Shown here: piece after piece, positions 1 through 12,015 of the stretch
How the letters are laid out: the number at the start of each line of letters is the position of its first letter
Position numbering within the stretch: the first letter of the stretch is position 1
NCBI GenBank assembly: GCA_002245135.1
Contig: NGBS01000356.1
Location: 1 to 34,932, forward strand
DNA: 34,932 nucleotides
Direction of reading: 5' to 3'
Source: Proteromonas lacertae
Lineage: Eukaryota
Translations under genes and position numbers: made by a program
The notes under the pieces: generated by a model
What the model was told of the DNA's origin: nothing
Seen by the model: the letters and a program-made list of their open reading frames with translations, nothing else
Database searches by the model: none

Positions 1-3000
1 TCCATTGCAAAACCCAGTCAACACTTTGAGTCAAAGTTCATTTAGGCCTATACTGCTAGACCACCTGTACAGATAGTGCAGAACCCACAGTACCAAACAC
101 CACTGAGAAGACCAACCATCCAAGCTGAGCCACCTCCATCACCCAAAGTTCGTAGAGTGAGCGCTGAACAATTTCAACGATATTTAGAAGATGATGAAAT
201 TCCAGAGTCTCCACATCAAATTGCACCACCTGTGTCAGATATACCAGAGACACATCCTCAAGCACCAAATGTGAGTAATGAGACCAAAGAAGAAATGAAA
301 GATACATTGGAGGCATTAGATGTGTTAGAAAATCATCCTCAACAAATAAGAAGATTACCTATACCGCAGAGAAGAGAATTGATGGAGAATGTAGAAAGAT
401 CATCCAAAATGTACAGTATGTCAATACCTGTCAAATTTGGTAAAGAAAAATTTGAAATTGCAAAATCACCAGAAAGAGTGTTTGAAGAGTTAACTGGATA
501 TACAAGAGATAGAAATAAGCAACAACAGCAAGAAGAAGAAGAACAACAGTCAATTCCAGAGTGTATGGTAAAAATTAGAAATTTCATAGATTACTTTGGT
601 TATGCAAAAATTTATTTTACTTTCAAAGTAGCTTATATCTCAGCAGATGTAATAGAAACTGCAGAATCTGAAGAAACTATGACAAACTGGAAGAGTTTTT
701 TGACACTGATATTGTTAAATTTGTACTAAAAGGTGATTTAGGTGGTGTATTACCAGAAAAATTATATAATCATTTGTATGACAATATGGGTGAGATATTC
801 AATACTCAAAAATCAGATTTTAAGATTTAGATGGATTAATGAAGTAGTAATTAATTTAGCTCGTTCTATTGTCACAGCTGGTTGGGCTGCTACAATGATA
901 GTGAAATTGAGAATATAGAGTTACCAGAAGAGTTAGTAAATAAAAAATGCATAATACAATTGAAATTCAGTAAAGCCAGTTGGTAGACAAAATATATGTT
1001 TTCTATATGCAGTAGCTGCATCAATTCACCTATATGGAATTTTCTAAGTAATAGAATATAGAACACAGTATTATAAGCATTATGTACAATCATATAACAC
1101 TGATTACTTGGAATTTCCATTAGATCCGATAAATTAGCAAAAATGCTATACGTCAATTTGAGAAAAATAAACAAAATCACTCTTAACATATTTACAGTAG
1201 ATTTTGATGAAAGCTATACCATTATATGTCACTCAGATAGATAAATTCAAAAATTGGCCTCATGCCAATGTATTGTTCTATGGAAATCATTTCTACCCTA
1301 TTACCAACTTAAATGCATTTTTACTTACCATTGAAACAAAAGTGTAGTAATTATGTAGAAAGATGTCCATATTGCTTCTGTAGATTATTCAGTGATAAAT
1401 CATTCCAATATCATCAAAAACATAAACTGTCAAGTATGCAAACAACAGAGGTATTATCAGAGAGTTCCCAGATCCTGAAACAATGATTAGCTTCAAAAAT
1501 TATAAGTTTATGCAAATGATGCCAGTGGTACTATACTGGGACACTGAGACATACCAAGAAGATTTACCATCAAATACAGTTATCAAAAATGCAAAAGGTG
1601 CATACAAGAAACATGTTCATGAGCAGCTGGTGCATACACATCAGTTCTCAGTATCCAGGCCACAATTCCAGAAAAAACATACTTTGATGAATTAAAACCA
1701 GGTGAAGATCCATCAGTGTTAGAAACAAGATTAGTTAACAAATTCTTAGAGATTCAAGATAATATAATGAAAATATATGAAGACAAGATAGCACATCCAC
1801 AAAAGATGTGGGGATATATTGAATCAGATGATGCGAATAAAGAATGTGCATATTGTCATAAGCAATTTATCAGTAAAGATAAAGATTTGAGACCTGTTAA
1901 GCACCATGACCACTTCACTGGTCAATACATAGCAACTCTATGTAATAAGTGTAACTGGCACTGTGATTTAAGAAATATGTATATTCCAGTGTTGGCACAT
2001 AATAGCAAAAATTACGACAATAATTTAATTATCAGAGCTCTAGCCAAAAAGACAAAGAATATGAAGCACAGTGGGTTTTGGGAGAACATGAACACTATAC
2101 AGGATGCAGATTTGCCAGAAATTGAAATTCAAGAATCAAACCAGAATCAAGCCGATATTCCAATTCCTGATATGATATCCAACTATAATGCTAGCATAGA
2201 AGAAGAAAAGAAAGATGGAAGAGCAACAAGCACTGATTAACAACTATAATGCTGACACTGAAACAGATAGTGACATTGAAGAATGTGATACTCCAAGAAG
2301 TATGGATCCTACTGTTACAATAATAAATGTTGATCCACTATTGAAAACAATGATGAAGAAGCATTCCATATGTTACATGAAATGATACATAGAGATAATG
2401 TTGTAAATGTATCACCCACATTGTCACCATTAGATGATAGTTCATCAGTATCACCACCTATATTACCTCAGCAACCTGAACCAAGACCTAAACCTAAGAA
2501 AAAGAGATATCGATCAAAACTATCCGTTTTAATGAAAACTGATAACAAATTCTTGATGATAAAATTCATGAAGTTAAGATTCATAGACAGTTGCCAGTTC
2601 ATGCCAGCATCATTAGATAGTTTAGTAAAGTCATTAAAAGTAGAAGCAAATGAACACTCAAATAAAAAATATTTATTCAAACCAGTATATGACTTTGTTA
2701 CTGACAGAGAACAATTCATCTATCAAAAATTGACCAGTAGTGGATGGTCAGTGGAAGATTTCATAGATAAGTGGGGATTAGAGAAGGGACACTTCCCATA
2801 TGAATATTGTGATAGTTTAGGACAAATATTATAAAACTAGCCGTTTACCTAAAAAAGAAGATTTTGCTTCAAAATTAAAACAGAGTGATAATATAACAAA
2901 TATAGAGTATGCATCATGCTGTGAGTTGTGGGATGTCATTCAGTGTAAAGATTTAATGGATTATAATAAATTTTATTTAGGCCATGGATGTTCTCACTTT

Positions 3001-4796
3001 ATCCTCAGTATTTGATCACTTCAGAAAAGTTGTTTTTAAAAACTTTGATTTAGACCCTTGTTGGCACTTATCATCACCTGGTTTGTCATGGAGTGTGTTT
3101 TTGAAATATTGTCCAGTAGAGATAGAGTTGATTAGTGACCAAGATAAATACGATTTTTATTCACAGTGGTTTAATAGGTGGTATATCTATGGTTGGTTCG
3201 AGTCGTTTAGAAGAAGCACATAATCACTATATGGACCCACCCTATATAGTAGAACATCCTCCTCAGATAGAATCATATATTTGCTATGTTGACTATAATT
3301 CACTATATCCAAGTACAATGGCTACAATGAAACTACCATATGCTGATTTCAAGTGGGAAGAAGGAAATGAGCAGGAATTGATGGATATGTATTACAGTCA
3401 AATATATAACATTAAAACATATGAAGAAATGATTAGTGACAAAGAAAAGCATGTAAATGATGAATGGGATAATAAAGACTCCAGAGGTTATATATTAGAG
3501 GTGGATATCGAACCTCCTTCAAACATTCACAAATTCGATGAATATCCATTATTACCTGAAAAGAAGTGTATAAAGTACGAAAACTTATCACAGTTACAAC
3601 AGAGTTGGGCTATGGAGCTTGGATTGGTGAATAAGAAAAAACAGCTTAAAAGCAACACACCTAGAATTATATTGGATTTATCAAGAAAACCAAAATATGT
3701 TGTACACTATCAATATTTGAATTTCTGTGTATCATTAGGTTATAAAATAACAAAAATACATCGTATCATATCCTTCAAAGAATATCACTTCTGTTTTGAT
3801 TTTGTGATGAAGTGTCACTTGTTACGTAGAGAAGCCAAGCAACACAAGAGAGAAGCAGAAGCAGATACATTCAAATTGTTACTCAATTCAGCCTATGGAA
3901 AAATGTGTGAAAATACCGAAAATCGATGTCGATCAAAATTAGTCAATAATGAAGAAGATTTCTTAAAGTGTTCCAGCAATCCTTATTTCTGTGGATTTGT
4001 TAGTATAGATGGTTGTGATTTAAGAATTTGCAAATTTAAAAAATATAAGTGTCAGGTTAACAAACCAAGTTATATAGGAATGTGTATATTATTTGAAAGC
4101 AAGCATTTAATGAGTAAATTCTGGTATGGTACTTTGTATAGAAAATATGGATCAAGCCTCAAGCTTTTAATGACAGATACAGATAGCTTCATATTCAAGG
4201 TATTTACAAAGGATATATATGAAGATATTATGAAGGACCCATCATTTGAAGGTAGAATGGATACTGGTAATATTAATTGTGATTTTTTAAAATCCAAAGG
4301 TATTAGATATACAAACTCACATAGAACTTCAGAATTGAATTTGATGAAATTAGAAGAAAATAAGAATGGTTTGTATACAATTACAAGATTTTGTGGTTTG
4401 AAAGCAAAAATGTATGCATATGAAAAGCAAAGGATAGATGGAACAAATTCATTGTTGTTAAGTGATTCCAGAGCCAAAGGTGTGACTAAAGGATTTCGAT
4501 TACAAACATGTGATTTCAAATATTATTATGATATTCTCACTGAGTCTAAAAAAGTATATGTAGAGCAATTCTCATTCAGAACAGCACGTCAGTGTATTTA
4601 TACAGTCCGTATGAATAAGTTAGCATTTACGATTTTCGATGTGAAAAGAAAATATATTGATGTTTATCACTCAGAGCCATATAATAATGTTATAAAAAAT
4701 ATTGAAGAAGAGAAGAAGGATGATGATGCTGTAGTTCCCTTATATAAAATAAAAAACTCATTTCTAATTAATTGTGTTTATTTTTGTAACGGATAA
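1..4796 (+). pseudogene. polB: Protein-primed DNA polymerase B, copy A (many frameshifts in 1-3160; 5' end probably outside window)
   Basis: Fragments 76-729, 1483-1695, 1716-2240, 2370-2834, 2984-3223 and 3135-4796 give in order ExoI YWDTE, CxxC..HHDHFTG..CxxC, ExoII HNSKNYD, FIDS, KGHFPYEY, ExoIII, GLIGGIS, motif A YVDYNSLYPSTM, motif B KLLLNSAYGK, motif C MTDTDS and GLKAKMY. Colinear with copy B. Confidence 0.92.
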
Positions 4797-5177
4797 ATTT
4801 TTAAAATTATTCCAATTCTTAAATCTTTTTCTTAACTCATCCTATGGCACGTACTAAGACCACATATCGCGTTGGTGGGTATAATTGATTTTTTATAAGT
4901 CTATAGATTTCATCCTAAACATCGCAGAAGCAACATTCATCAATCGATTCAATGTGCACCAGCACCAACGCCCAAAAAACCAATACAAATCAAGTTGGGT
5001 CCATGTTTCAAAGAAATCAATGAATATCTGCATAAAACATATAATGATTCAATTAGATGGTGTTTTAAAATAAATAACGAAAATCTTAGTACTATCACCT
5101 ATAATTTCTTAAAGTAGCTTAATACTAATGATATTAATGAATTTCATCATTATTCTTGTTTTGTGTTTTTGGTCTAT

Positions 5178-6467
5178 ATGTCTAGCACTAATACTTATGA
5201 TCCACATTTATATAGCAACTATAACATCCAAACTCCTTATCCAATTAAACAGGCTCCTACAAACGGGAACTTATCACTTGCAGCATATATTAACAATGGA
5301 GCACCGAATATACAGATTGCACCAAGAGAAGCTTCGTATGATGACCAAATGGCAGGACAAATTGCCCAATATAGAGAACAACTAGATGAACTTTATAAAA
5401 AATATTATTATTTAAAAGATGATGAATTTGTGAAAATGACCCAACAAGTGAAAAACCTCAATGATACACCACCACCACCAGATGTTGTTAGGGAATATCT
5501 AAGGAGACAAGTTGGAAAGCAAGTAGTTGATTTCAAGTACAAAAAAAATAATCCGTTCGCTACTATCAAAAAGCCTGGGTATTTCCAAATGGACTTGGTA
5601 TTTTTCTTGCCTAATTTTCCTCACTTGTATTTAATTGAATTAAACTCTAGAAAAGTATGGGTTACACCAGTTGCTGGTAAAAGAGGTGAATATGATATAA
5701 TGCCTGCATTTTTAAATTGGTACTATGAGTATGATAATTATGGTAACAAAACGCATAAAAATGTGGTAAGTATTTTGTCAGATCAAGAAAGTGGTTTTTA
5801 TAATGTTTTTAAATTTTGTCAAGAAGAAGGTATACAATACTATATGAAAGAGACCAGTGAGCATAAGGTAGAGTCACTATTGGATAGGTCAGTCAGTGTG
5901 ATAAAAAAATTATTGTACAAACACTTGGTAGATATTGGTTTTGAAGCACCTGAATATGTAGCTGATATTGACCGTGGAGATAAACATGTACCTAAAGATC
6001 CAAACTATATAATAAAGTTTAATCAAATAATACAAGAAGTGGTAAATGACTATAACAATAAACCATTACCAGGAATCAAAGGATATACACCAAATGAGGT
6101 ATTTCATAGTCCTGAATTGAAAAAGCAAATATTACAGAAGTCAATAAACTATAATTTGAAAAATTTTGAAAAACTTGAAAAAAGTGATCAAAATTTCGAA
6201 GTTGGTGACTTGGTGAGATTTAAGGAGCGAAGACGTAAAATGGATAAGAATATATACTGGTCAGATCATGTATACAAAATAATTAAAAAAAATAGATATT
6301 CGTATTGTTTAGGAGATCAAGATGGTAGAGAGATACCAGATTTTTCACTTATTCATTTTAAGCACTATGAGTTGCAGTTAGTGAAAAAAGATGAAGCACG
6401 AGATACTTGGTTCAGAAGAATATTACAAAGACCCAGAATTAGAAAAGATGATAAATCGATAGTATAA
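5178..6467 (+). CDS. Retroviral-type (rve) integrase, copy A
   Basis: PGYFQMDLVFF, LIELNSRKVW, ILSDQESGF, LLDRSVSVIKK, YNNKP..GYTPNEV and a C-terminal FEVGDLVR SH3-like motif. First ATG at 5178. Confidence 0.88.
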   Translation: MSSTNTYDPHLYSNYNIQTPYPIKQAPTNGNLSLAAYINNGAPNIQIAPREASYDDQMAGQIAQYREQLDELYKKYYYLKDDEFVKMTQQVKNLNDTPPPPDVVREYLRRQVGKQVVDFKYKKNNPFATIKKPGYFQMDLVFFLPNFPHLYLIELNSRKVWVTPVAGKRGEYDIMPAFLNWYYEYDNYGNKTHKNVVSILSDQESGFYNVFKFCQEEGIQYYMKETSEHKVESLLDRSVSVIKKLLYKHLVDIGFEAPEYVADIDRGDKHVPKDPNYIIKFNQIIQEVVNDYNNKPLPGIKGYTPNEVFHSPELKKQILQKSINYNLKNFEKLEKSDQNFEVGDLVRFKERRRKMDKNIYWSDHVYKIIKKNRYSYCLGDQDGREIPDFSLIHFKHYELQLVKKDEARDTWFRRILQRPRIRKDDKSIV

Positions 6468-6500
6468 CACCAAAAAAAAAATAAAACGAATATATTTTTT

Positions 6501-6997
6501 TTATATTAAACCAAATTGTTTTTTCATTAACCTAATTTTTGCTTCACCTACTATTGTATTAAAATCAGTTGCCTTCTTGAAACTACACTGATCTCTTAAA
6601 ATATTTTTCAAAAAATTAATAGCAAAAAATCCACAGTTGGCAGTATTTGAATTTTGATTCTGTACTCCATTGATTTTAAGTTCATACTTTTCATTATGAT
6701 ACTTTTTGAATTTTTTCAAACTTTTTTGAATTTTTCTAAGTGTTGAGGATCTTCACCAAATGAATCATAGTACAGGAATTGTTTTTTGATATTGTCAACT
6801 ACTAAAGCCACCCAGTGGCCAATTTCATTTGGATTAGCATGAGTGGTGAGTGTATTGATTATGATTCCCCATTGATTCTTCTTTTTGGGTATAGGAAGTA
6901 CAAGCTCGTCCCAGCAGAACACTCCCATGAACTTTCCATGAAAATTATTGAACTCATTTTTTACAATTAATTCTATATCAAAGTTCGATAAGGCATC
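6501..6997 (-). other. Adenain/Ulp1 (clan CE) protease domain
   Basis: His (GHW), Asp (YYDS), oxyanion Gln and Cys (QxxxxxxCG) occur in the canonical clan CE order. Confidence 0.88.
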
Positions 6998-9900
6998 TGA
7001 AGTAATACTGTTATATAAAATCTTCCTACGTGAAATTAATTTTTTATTCCCATTACCTCTTTGAAACCAATTTAAAGCTTGATTAACTTGTTTTAATTGA
7101 TCTAAGTTACTCACTGCTCTACCAAAATTAGTGAATGAACTTGGAATTGACTGTTGTTGTTTTGGAACGTAGTTAGCAAATTGTATTCTATTCTTATGTT
7201 TATGTCCTTCTGGCTTCAGGAAGTTTAATAAACCACCTGCATCCAACAAACCAATGACTCCAGTGAGTGCTGTCATCACTGTTGCTACACTAGCAACTGT
7301 CTGTACTGTACCTGTTGGATCCTGTGCTAACACTTCTGGAGCAGCTTTCAATATCGAACCTGAACTAACATTACTTAAATTAGGAGGTGACATACCAGTA
7401 AACCTAAACAAAAATGGCACTGCTTGAAACAAATGTCTGATATAGGGATGTTTATTGAACAAAAATGATGTACCAAAATTATATATTAAATCTATCGGTA
7501 ACCAAGAGTTTTGTAATGCTTTTGGTAACATAGCCTTCACTTTATCTGAATTACCATAATATAAGTCAGTGATAGCAGGTAAACGACCACCTGACAACAT
7601 ACGAATAATTTCGTAATAATCATACACGAAGTACCACATTACATACAGGAAGCCTGTCATTGGCAATTTTGCCTTCTTCCATAACCAAAAAGCCAAACAT
7701 GAAAGTAATATTGTACGTACATATTTCATTACATGATCTACTTCAAACATTTGAGGAGTAACTCCACCTACTAAATAATCTTTGAATGTATAATATATCT
7801 GAGGAAATATCCTAAACAAATTTTCTACACACAACAACAAGTTACCTACAAAACCTGTATAATCAGTTTCCTTCAAAGAGTCCAGTGCCTTCTGAAATTG
7901 TGAATTTTCAAATTTTGCCCATGATGAACATGCTGTTTTCAACAAACCAAATGCTATTGATACTTTTTCTGGATTAGAAGCTGCCATCCAATCTTCAGGA
8001 AGTTCATGAGCAAATTTCTCTCTATTATAATCAAAATTAATGAAATCTCTACTATTTTGTGAAGCTACTTCATTAAGCATTCTATAATAATCTTCATTTA
8101 TTGGTGAACATTCACCTTGACCTATATCTGGAACTTTTGACATAATGTCTGGATTCTCTGTAGCAAATTTAAAAAAGAGTGATTGGTCTTTTATTTGATC
8201 ATCATTCATTACTCTACCCATTTTTTGATTATTTAATGCAATATATTCTTTAACTTTTTCAGCATCGAGATTAGATGGATCAGAATAAGCATGTATTTTA
8301 CTAACACCATCTGCTAATTCATTTTGCAAGTACTCTTGTTGCAGTAATAGCTTATTATAATATTCATCCATTTCCTTATTATTTCCCATAACATAGTCCC
8401 ATCCTTTAGATAATATATTATTTTTATAGTTTTTATATGCTTGTAGTTCAGGATTCATTTCAATTGCTTGCTGTAATGACTTATAACCTTGTAATTGAGG
8501 AAATCTTTTATATAAATCATCTGTTATTTTATTCACTCCATTATCATATGCCATAACATCTTGTTCTGTAACACCTTTAGGCCAATTTAAAATATATTCT
8601 CTTGGCATTGATGTATCTAATTGAGCTAATGCTGGAGTACCTCTTAAATTACCTTTCTTATGTGCTGGATCTCTCATATCATATAAATCAATGTGATAAT
8701 TATTAGGTAATTGTTGAGCATAGTTATTTGTAATTTGATATTGAATCTCTCTTCTAGCTTGCCTACTTAAGCCAGGTGCAAACAACTTATCATAATTCCA
8801 ATTATAATTGTAGCCAACAGGCTTTTCTGGTATATATCGCTGAACATTAGTTGGTAATTGAGTTGCTAAAGAGATAGGCATATTACCTTCATCTACAGTT
8901 TGTCTTGGATTGGGTACAACAAAGTGTTCATTAGGTTTTACTGTTGTTCCCATATTTAGTTGTACCATACCTCCTAAAACGTTAGTAGCCAAGCGATGCC
9001 TCCGTGGAATTGATTCTAATTTGAATTTATTCTTTCTATCATGTTTTCTATGCTTTTTGAAATGAACATGTTTTCTATGTTTTCTACCATAACCAAAGAA
9101 TCCTTTCTTAGGTAGTTCATCAATTACACTATTTGGATCATTACCTAATTCAGTTATATATGTTTTCAAATTATCTATTGCAGATGCTGCATTACTAAAT
9201 TTAACTATATAATAATCTAAGTAATTTACAAACATTTGCATATTACCAGCTTTACTACTCCAAGTTGAGTAATCACCATAACTAAAACTAAATGCTTTCA
9301 TCAATTGTTGTAAGTTATTATTTTGAACTAATATTTTTATACTTTCATAATTTTGACTACATGCATTTATAAAGGGTTCTAATTTTTTCATCATATCTTG
9401 AATAGTATTATCTTCTTTTTGTTGAGGTGTTGGTGCTATATATTTTCCAACGACTGGCAGTGCTCCTGCCGCTGTGGTGGCAGCAGCACCTGCCATGGCG
9501 AGGTAGTTTCCAGCATTTGAACTTTGGTTATCTGAAGTGGGCAAACCTGAATTTATTGTATATGAATTATCATAACTGGGGGCAGTTGTATTACTATTAG
9601 TTGTATTAACATAACTGGGAGCAGTTGTTGTACCAGGAGTTTGAATACTAGAAGTGGCCGGCTGGGTCGTGGAGTTTGGAGCTGACATATTCTGACTAAG
9701 TGTAGTAGCACTTGCACCAAATATACCTTTGAACCAATTATATACATTGGTAAAAGAATTAGCAACAAAATCCCATATACCTTTGAAACAATTATTGATC
9801 CATGAAAACATATCAACAGGTGGTTTTTTCATCCAATAATTGTATGCCATACTAACAAAATTAGGTGTTAATAAAGACACATATGAAGCTGCTTGAACCC

Positions 9901-10810
9901 ATCCTTTTGATAAACCAAACATCCATTCCATAACTCCACTCCATCCAATACCCATATTTACTATATACTTTAAAATCTGCCCTGTAACTGAATTTTGGAA
10001 TAATATATCAAAAACAGATGAAATAGAACCAAGTGTCATAGTACACAAACAGAACTTTATTCCGAATTTGATCCAATCATAAGTTGGACTACCTGCAAAG
10101 AATTGATCTATTTTTTCAAATAATGATTTCTTTTGGTTATCATTCATGCTAGCAATTTTTCGTTTATATTCTGCATTCTCTGCTTTGATTATTTCATTCT
10201 GTTGTTGCAATTCATATTCATGATTTTGTTGTGTAGTACCTGCATTATTGTTCCACTTTGGATCACCTTGGTATGAATTCATATTATATTGAGAACCCCA
10301 TTGAGTTAAAGGCTGTCCTTCTATTTGTTTTAAAAATGGATTTTGATATTCATAAGTTAAATTTTCTGGTTGTGCATAATAATCAGAATATGGTTTATTG
10401 TACTTTCCAATGTTCTTATAATATCTGCCGTATTGATCTGTTATTCCGCTTAAATATAATTTGTACTTCATCTCGTCAGTCATGAAATTGTTTTTTGTTG
10501 CATCTGTATTTGGATTGACTGGTTTATTCAAATCCTCTATATCATCCTCATTTCCAATAGTATCATAAAATTTATTTGAATTAGGATCATAGATGTCAAC
10601 TCCATAAGTGGCATTACCTTTATCAACGTTGGATGTTGGATTTGCAAGGTGTGATAGATTGAGCTTGATTTTTTTATTATTCTTGACCTTATCATAGATG
10701 ATCTTTTTTAATTTTCTTTTTAAAGCCGTATGATATATAGATGGATTCTCAAAATCATGTGGATTCTCTTGAAACTCTTTTTGATGATTATGTTTTCGTT
10801 TTGTACCCAT
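6501..10810 (-). CDS. ~1,430-aa putative membrane polyprotein with C-terminal adenain/Ulp1-like cysteine protease (one frameshift at ~6722-6727)
   Basis: ORF 6716-10810 ends with IIINT..GHWVALVVD..YYDSFG. ORF 6501-6719 supplies QNQNSNTANCGFFAINFL. One extra A in the A6 run joins them in frame. Confidence 0.82.
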
Positions 10811-10863
10811 TTATATATAAAAAAGTAGAAACAGTACTATTAAAAATATAGCCGTTATTGATA

Positions 10864-11946
10864 TTATGATAAGTATTCATTTTGTAATTCTTCTATAAGT
10901 TTATCAGCATCTTCTTCAGTCATATTAGGATAGTCATTCTTCATTTTAAGTAACTTTTCAATATATTCATTACTCTTATTAAATATCACTTCCTCATCGT
11001 CTGCATCATCGTAATCCATAGCTCCTAATTTCTGGTATTGAAAAAACTGTTTTAAATTATTTTGATCTTCAGGTGGTATATCAGACATCATTTTTTGTAA
11101 CTCTTCCTTGGAAATTTGTTTAGTTAATTCTGTAATTTCTTCTAATGCACTATCATCTAATTTCTGATCTTCTTTTGCTGTTCTCCACAATTCTCTTATT
11201 TCTTTTTGTTCTTCCGGTGTAAAATCAACTAACATTTTTTCTAATTCCTCTTTAGATATGTTTGCTGTAATTAATTTCTTAACATTATCAACTAAAAATT
11301 CATCATCATATGTGAAACCTTTAGTATCAGTAGACGGCTGTACTTTAACATCTGTTTCTGCTTTTGGAGTAATCAATTTATTCATTCTCTACTATATTAT
11401 AAATTAAATTAGTGTATATACCATTTGTTGCATTTGAGACATTTTTATTTGGTTTAAAGGATCACTCATATACTGACCCATTTGCTCTTTTACTTTAGCA
11501 CTAGCTTTTGCCATTTCAAAGTAGTTTGGTCTATTCATATTGACATATATGTTCGAGCCAAATAAATGTTGATCATCTTGTTCTCTCAATGTTTGAGCAA
11601 TAGGATTAGCCATTGAATTACCTTCATGTAGTGATGTGGATAACATAGCATCTATTGCATTCTGTCTCTCTAAAAATTTTTGTTCATCATTCAATTTACG
11701 AATGTCATTTGGATTAGGAGGTGCATCTTTAGAATTCATTTTGCTGATCTCATCTTTTAACTCATCAATACGCCTATCTCTCATACCCACCAATTCTTTC
11801 GCATTTTCCCTATAAAAATTATTATATAAAGATTGATAGTATTTATCGTGTCCTTTGAAACTATGCTTCTTTTTCTTCTTCTGTTTGCCTTTTCCTTTAA
11901 TCCGCTGAACAACAGCAAGCAATAGTTTTCTATTTAATTTTTTCAT
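10864..11946 (-). CDS. Hypothetical protein, basic N-terminus and acidic C-terminus; two ORF-track ORFs probably joined by one tiny intron
   Basis: Removing 11389-11421 gives ...QMQQM|RMNKLITP in frame. N-terminus has IKGKG followed by KQKKKKKH. Confidence 0.65.
11389..11421 (-). other. Tiny spliceosomal intron (33 nt; alternative 30-nt acceptor at 11392)
   Basis: GTATATACACTAATTTAATTTATAATATAGTAG: GTATA donor, CTAAT branch-like motif, tandem TAGTAG acceptor. Confidence 0.65.
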
Positions 11947-12015
11947 AGAGTGGTAAGTTTAACAAAAAGAATATATGAAATATAATAGTTATGAGTATTA
12001 TTAGTATTATTATTA

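Noticed and set aside
56..4519. Minus-strand ORFs 56-316, 339-587, 890-1189, 2468-2719, 4070-4519 and similar shadows elsewhere (e.g. 19320, 22091, 28477, 30333, 33496, 33811)
   Set aside because: Antisense or alternate-frame shadows of recognisable genes, with no motifs.
4800..5150. Possible decayed minus-strand gene between polB A and integrase A (e.g. DEIYRLIKINYTHQRDMWS*YVP*DELRK)
   Set aside because: Needs several stops and frameshifts to be repaired and has no recognisable homology; the + ORF 4885-5073 is equally unsupported.
6716..10810. Major capsid protein identity for the large ORF
   Set aside because: The sequence looks helical, hydrophobic and low-complexity rather than beta-rich jelly-roll; no capsid motif recognised.
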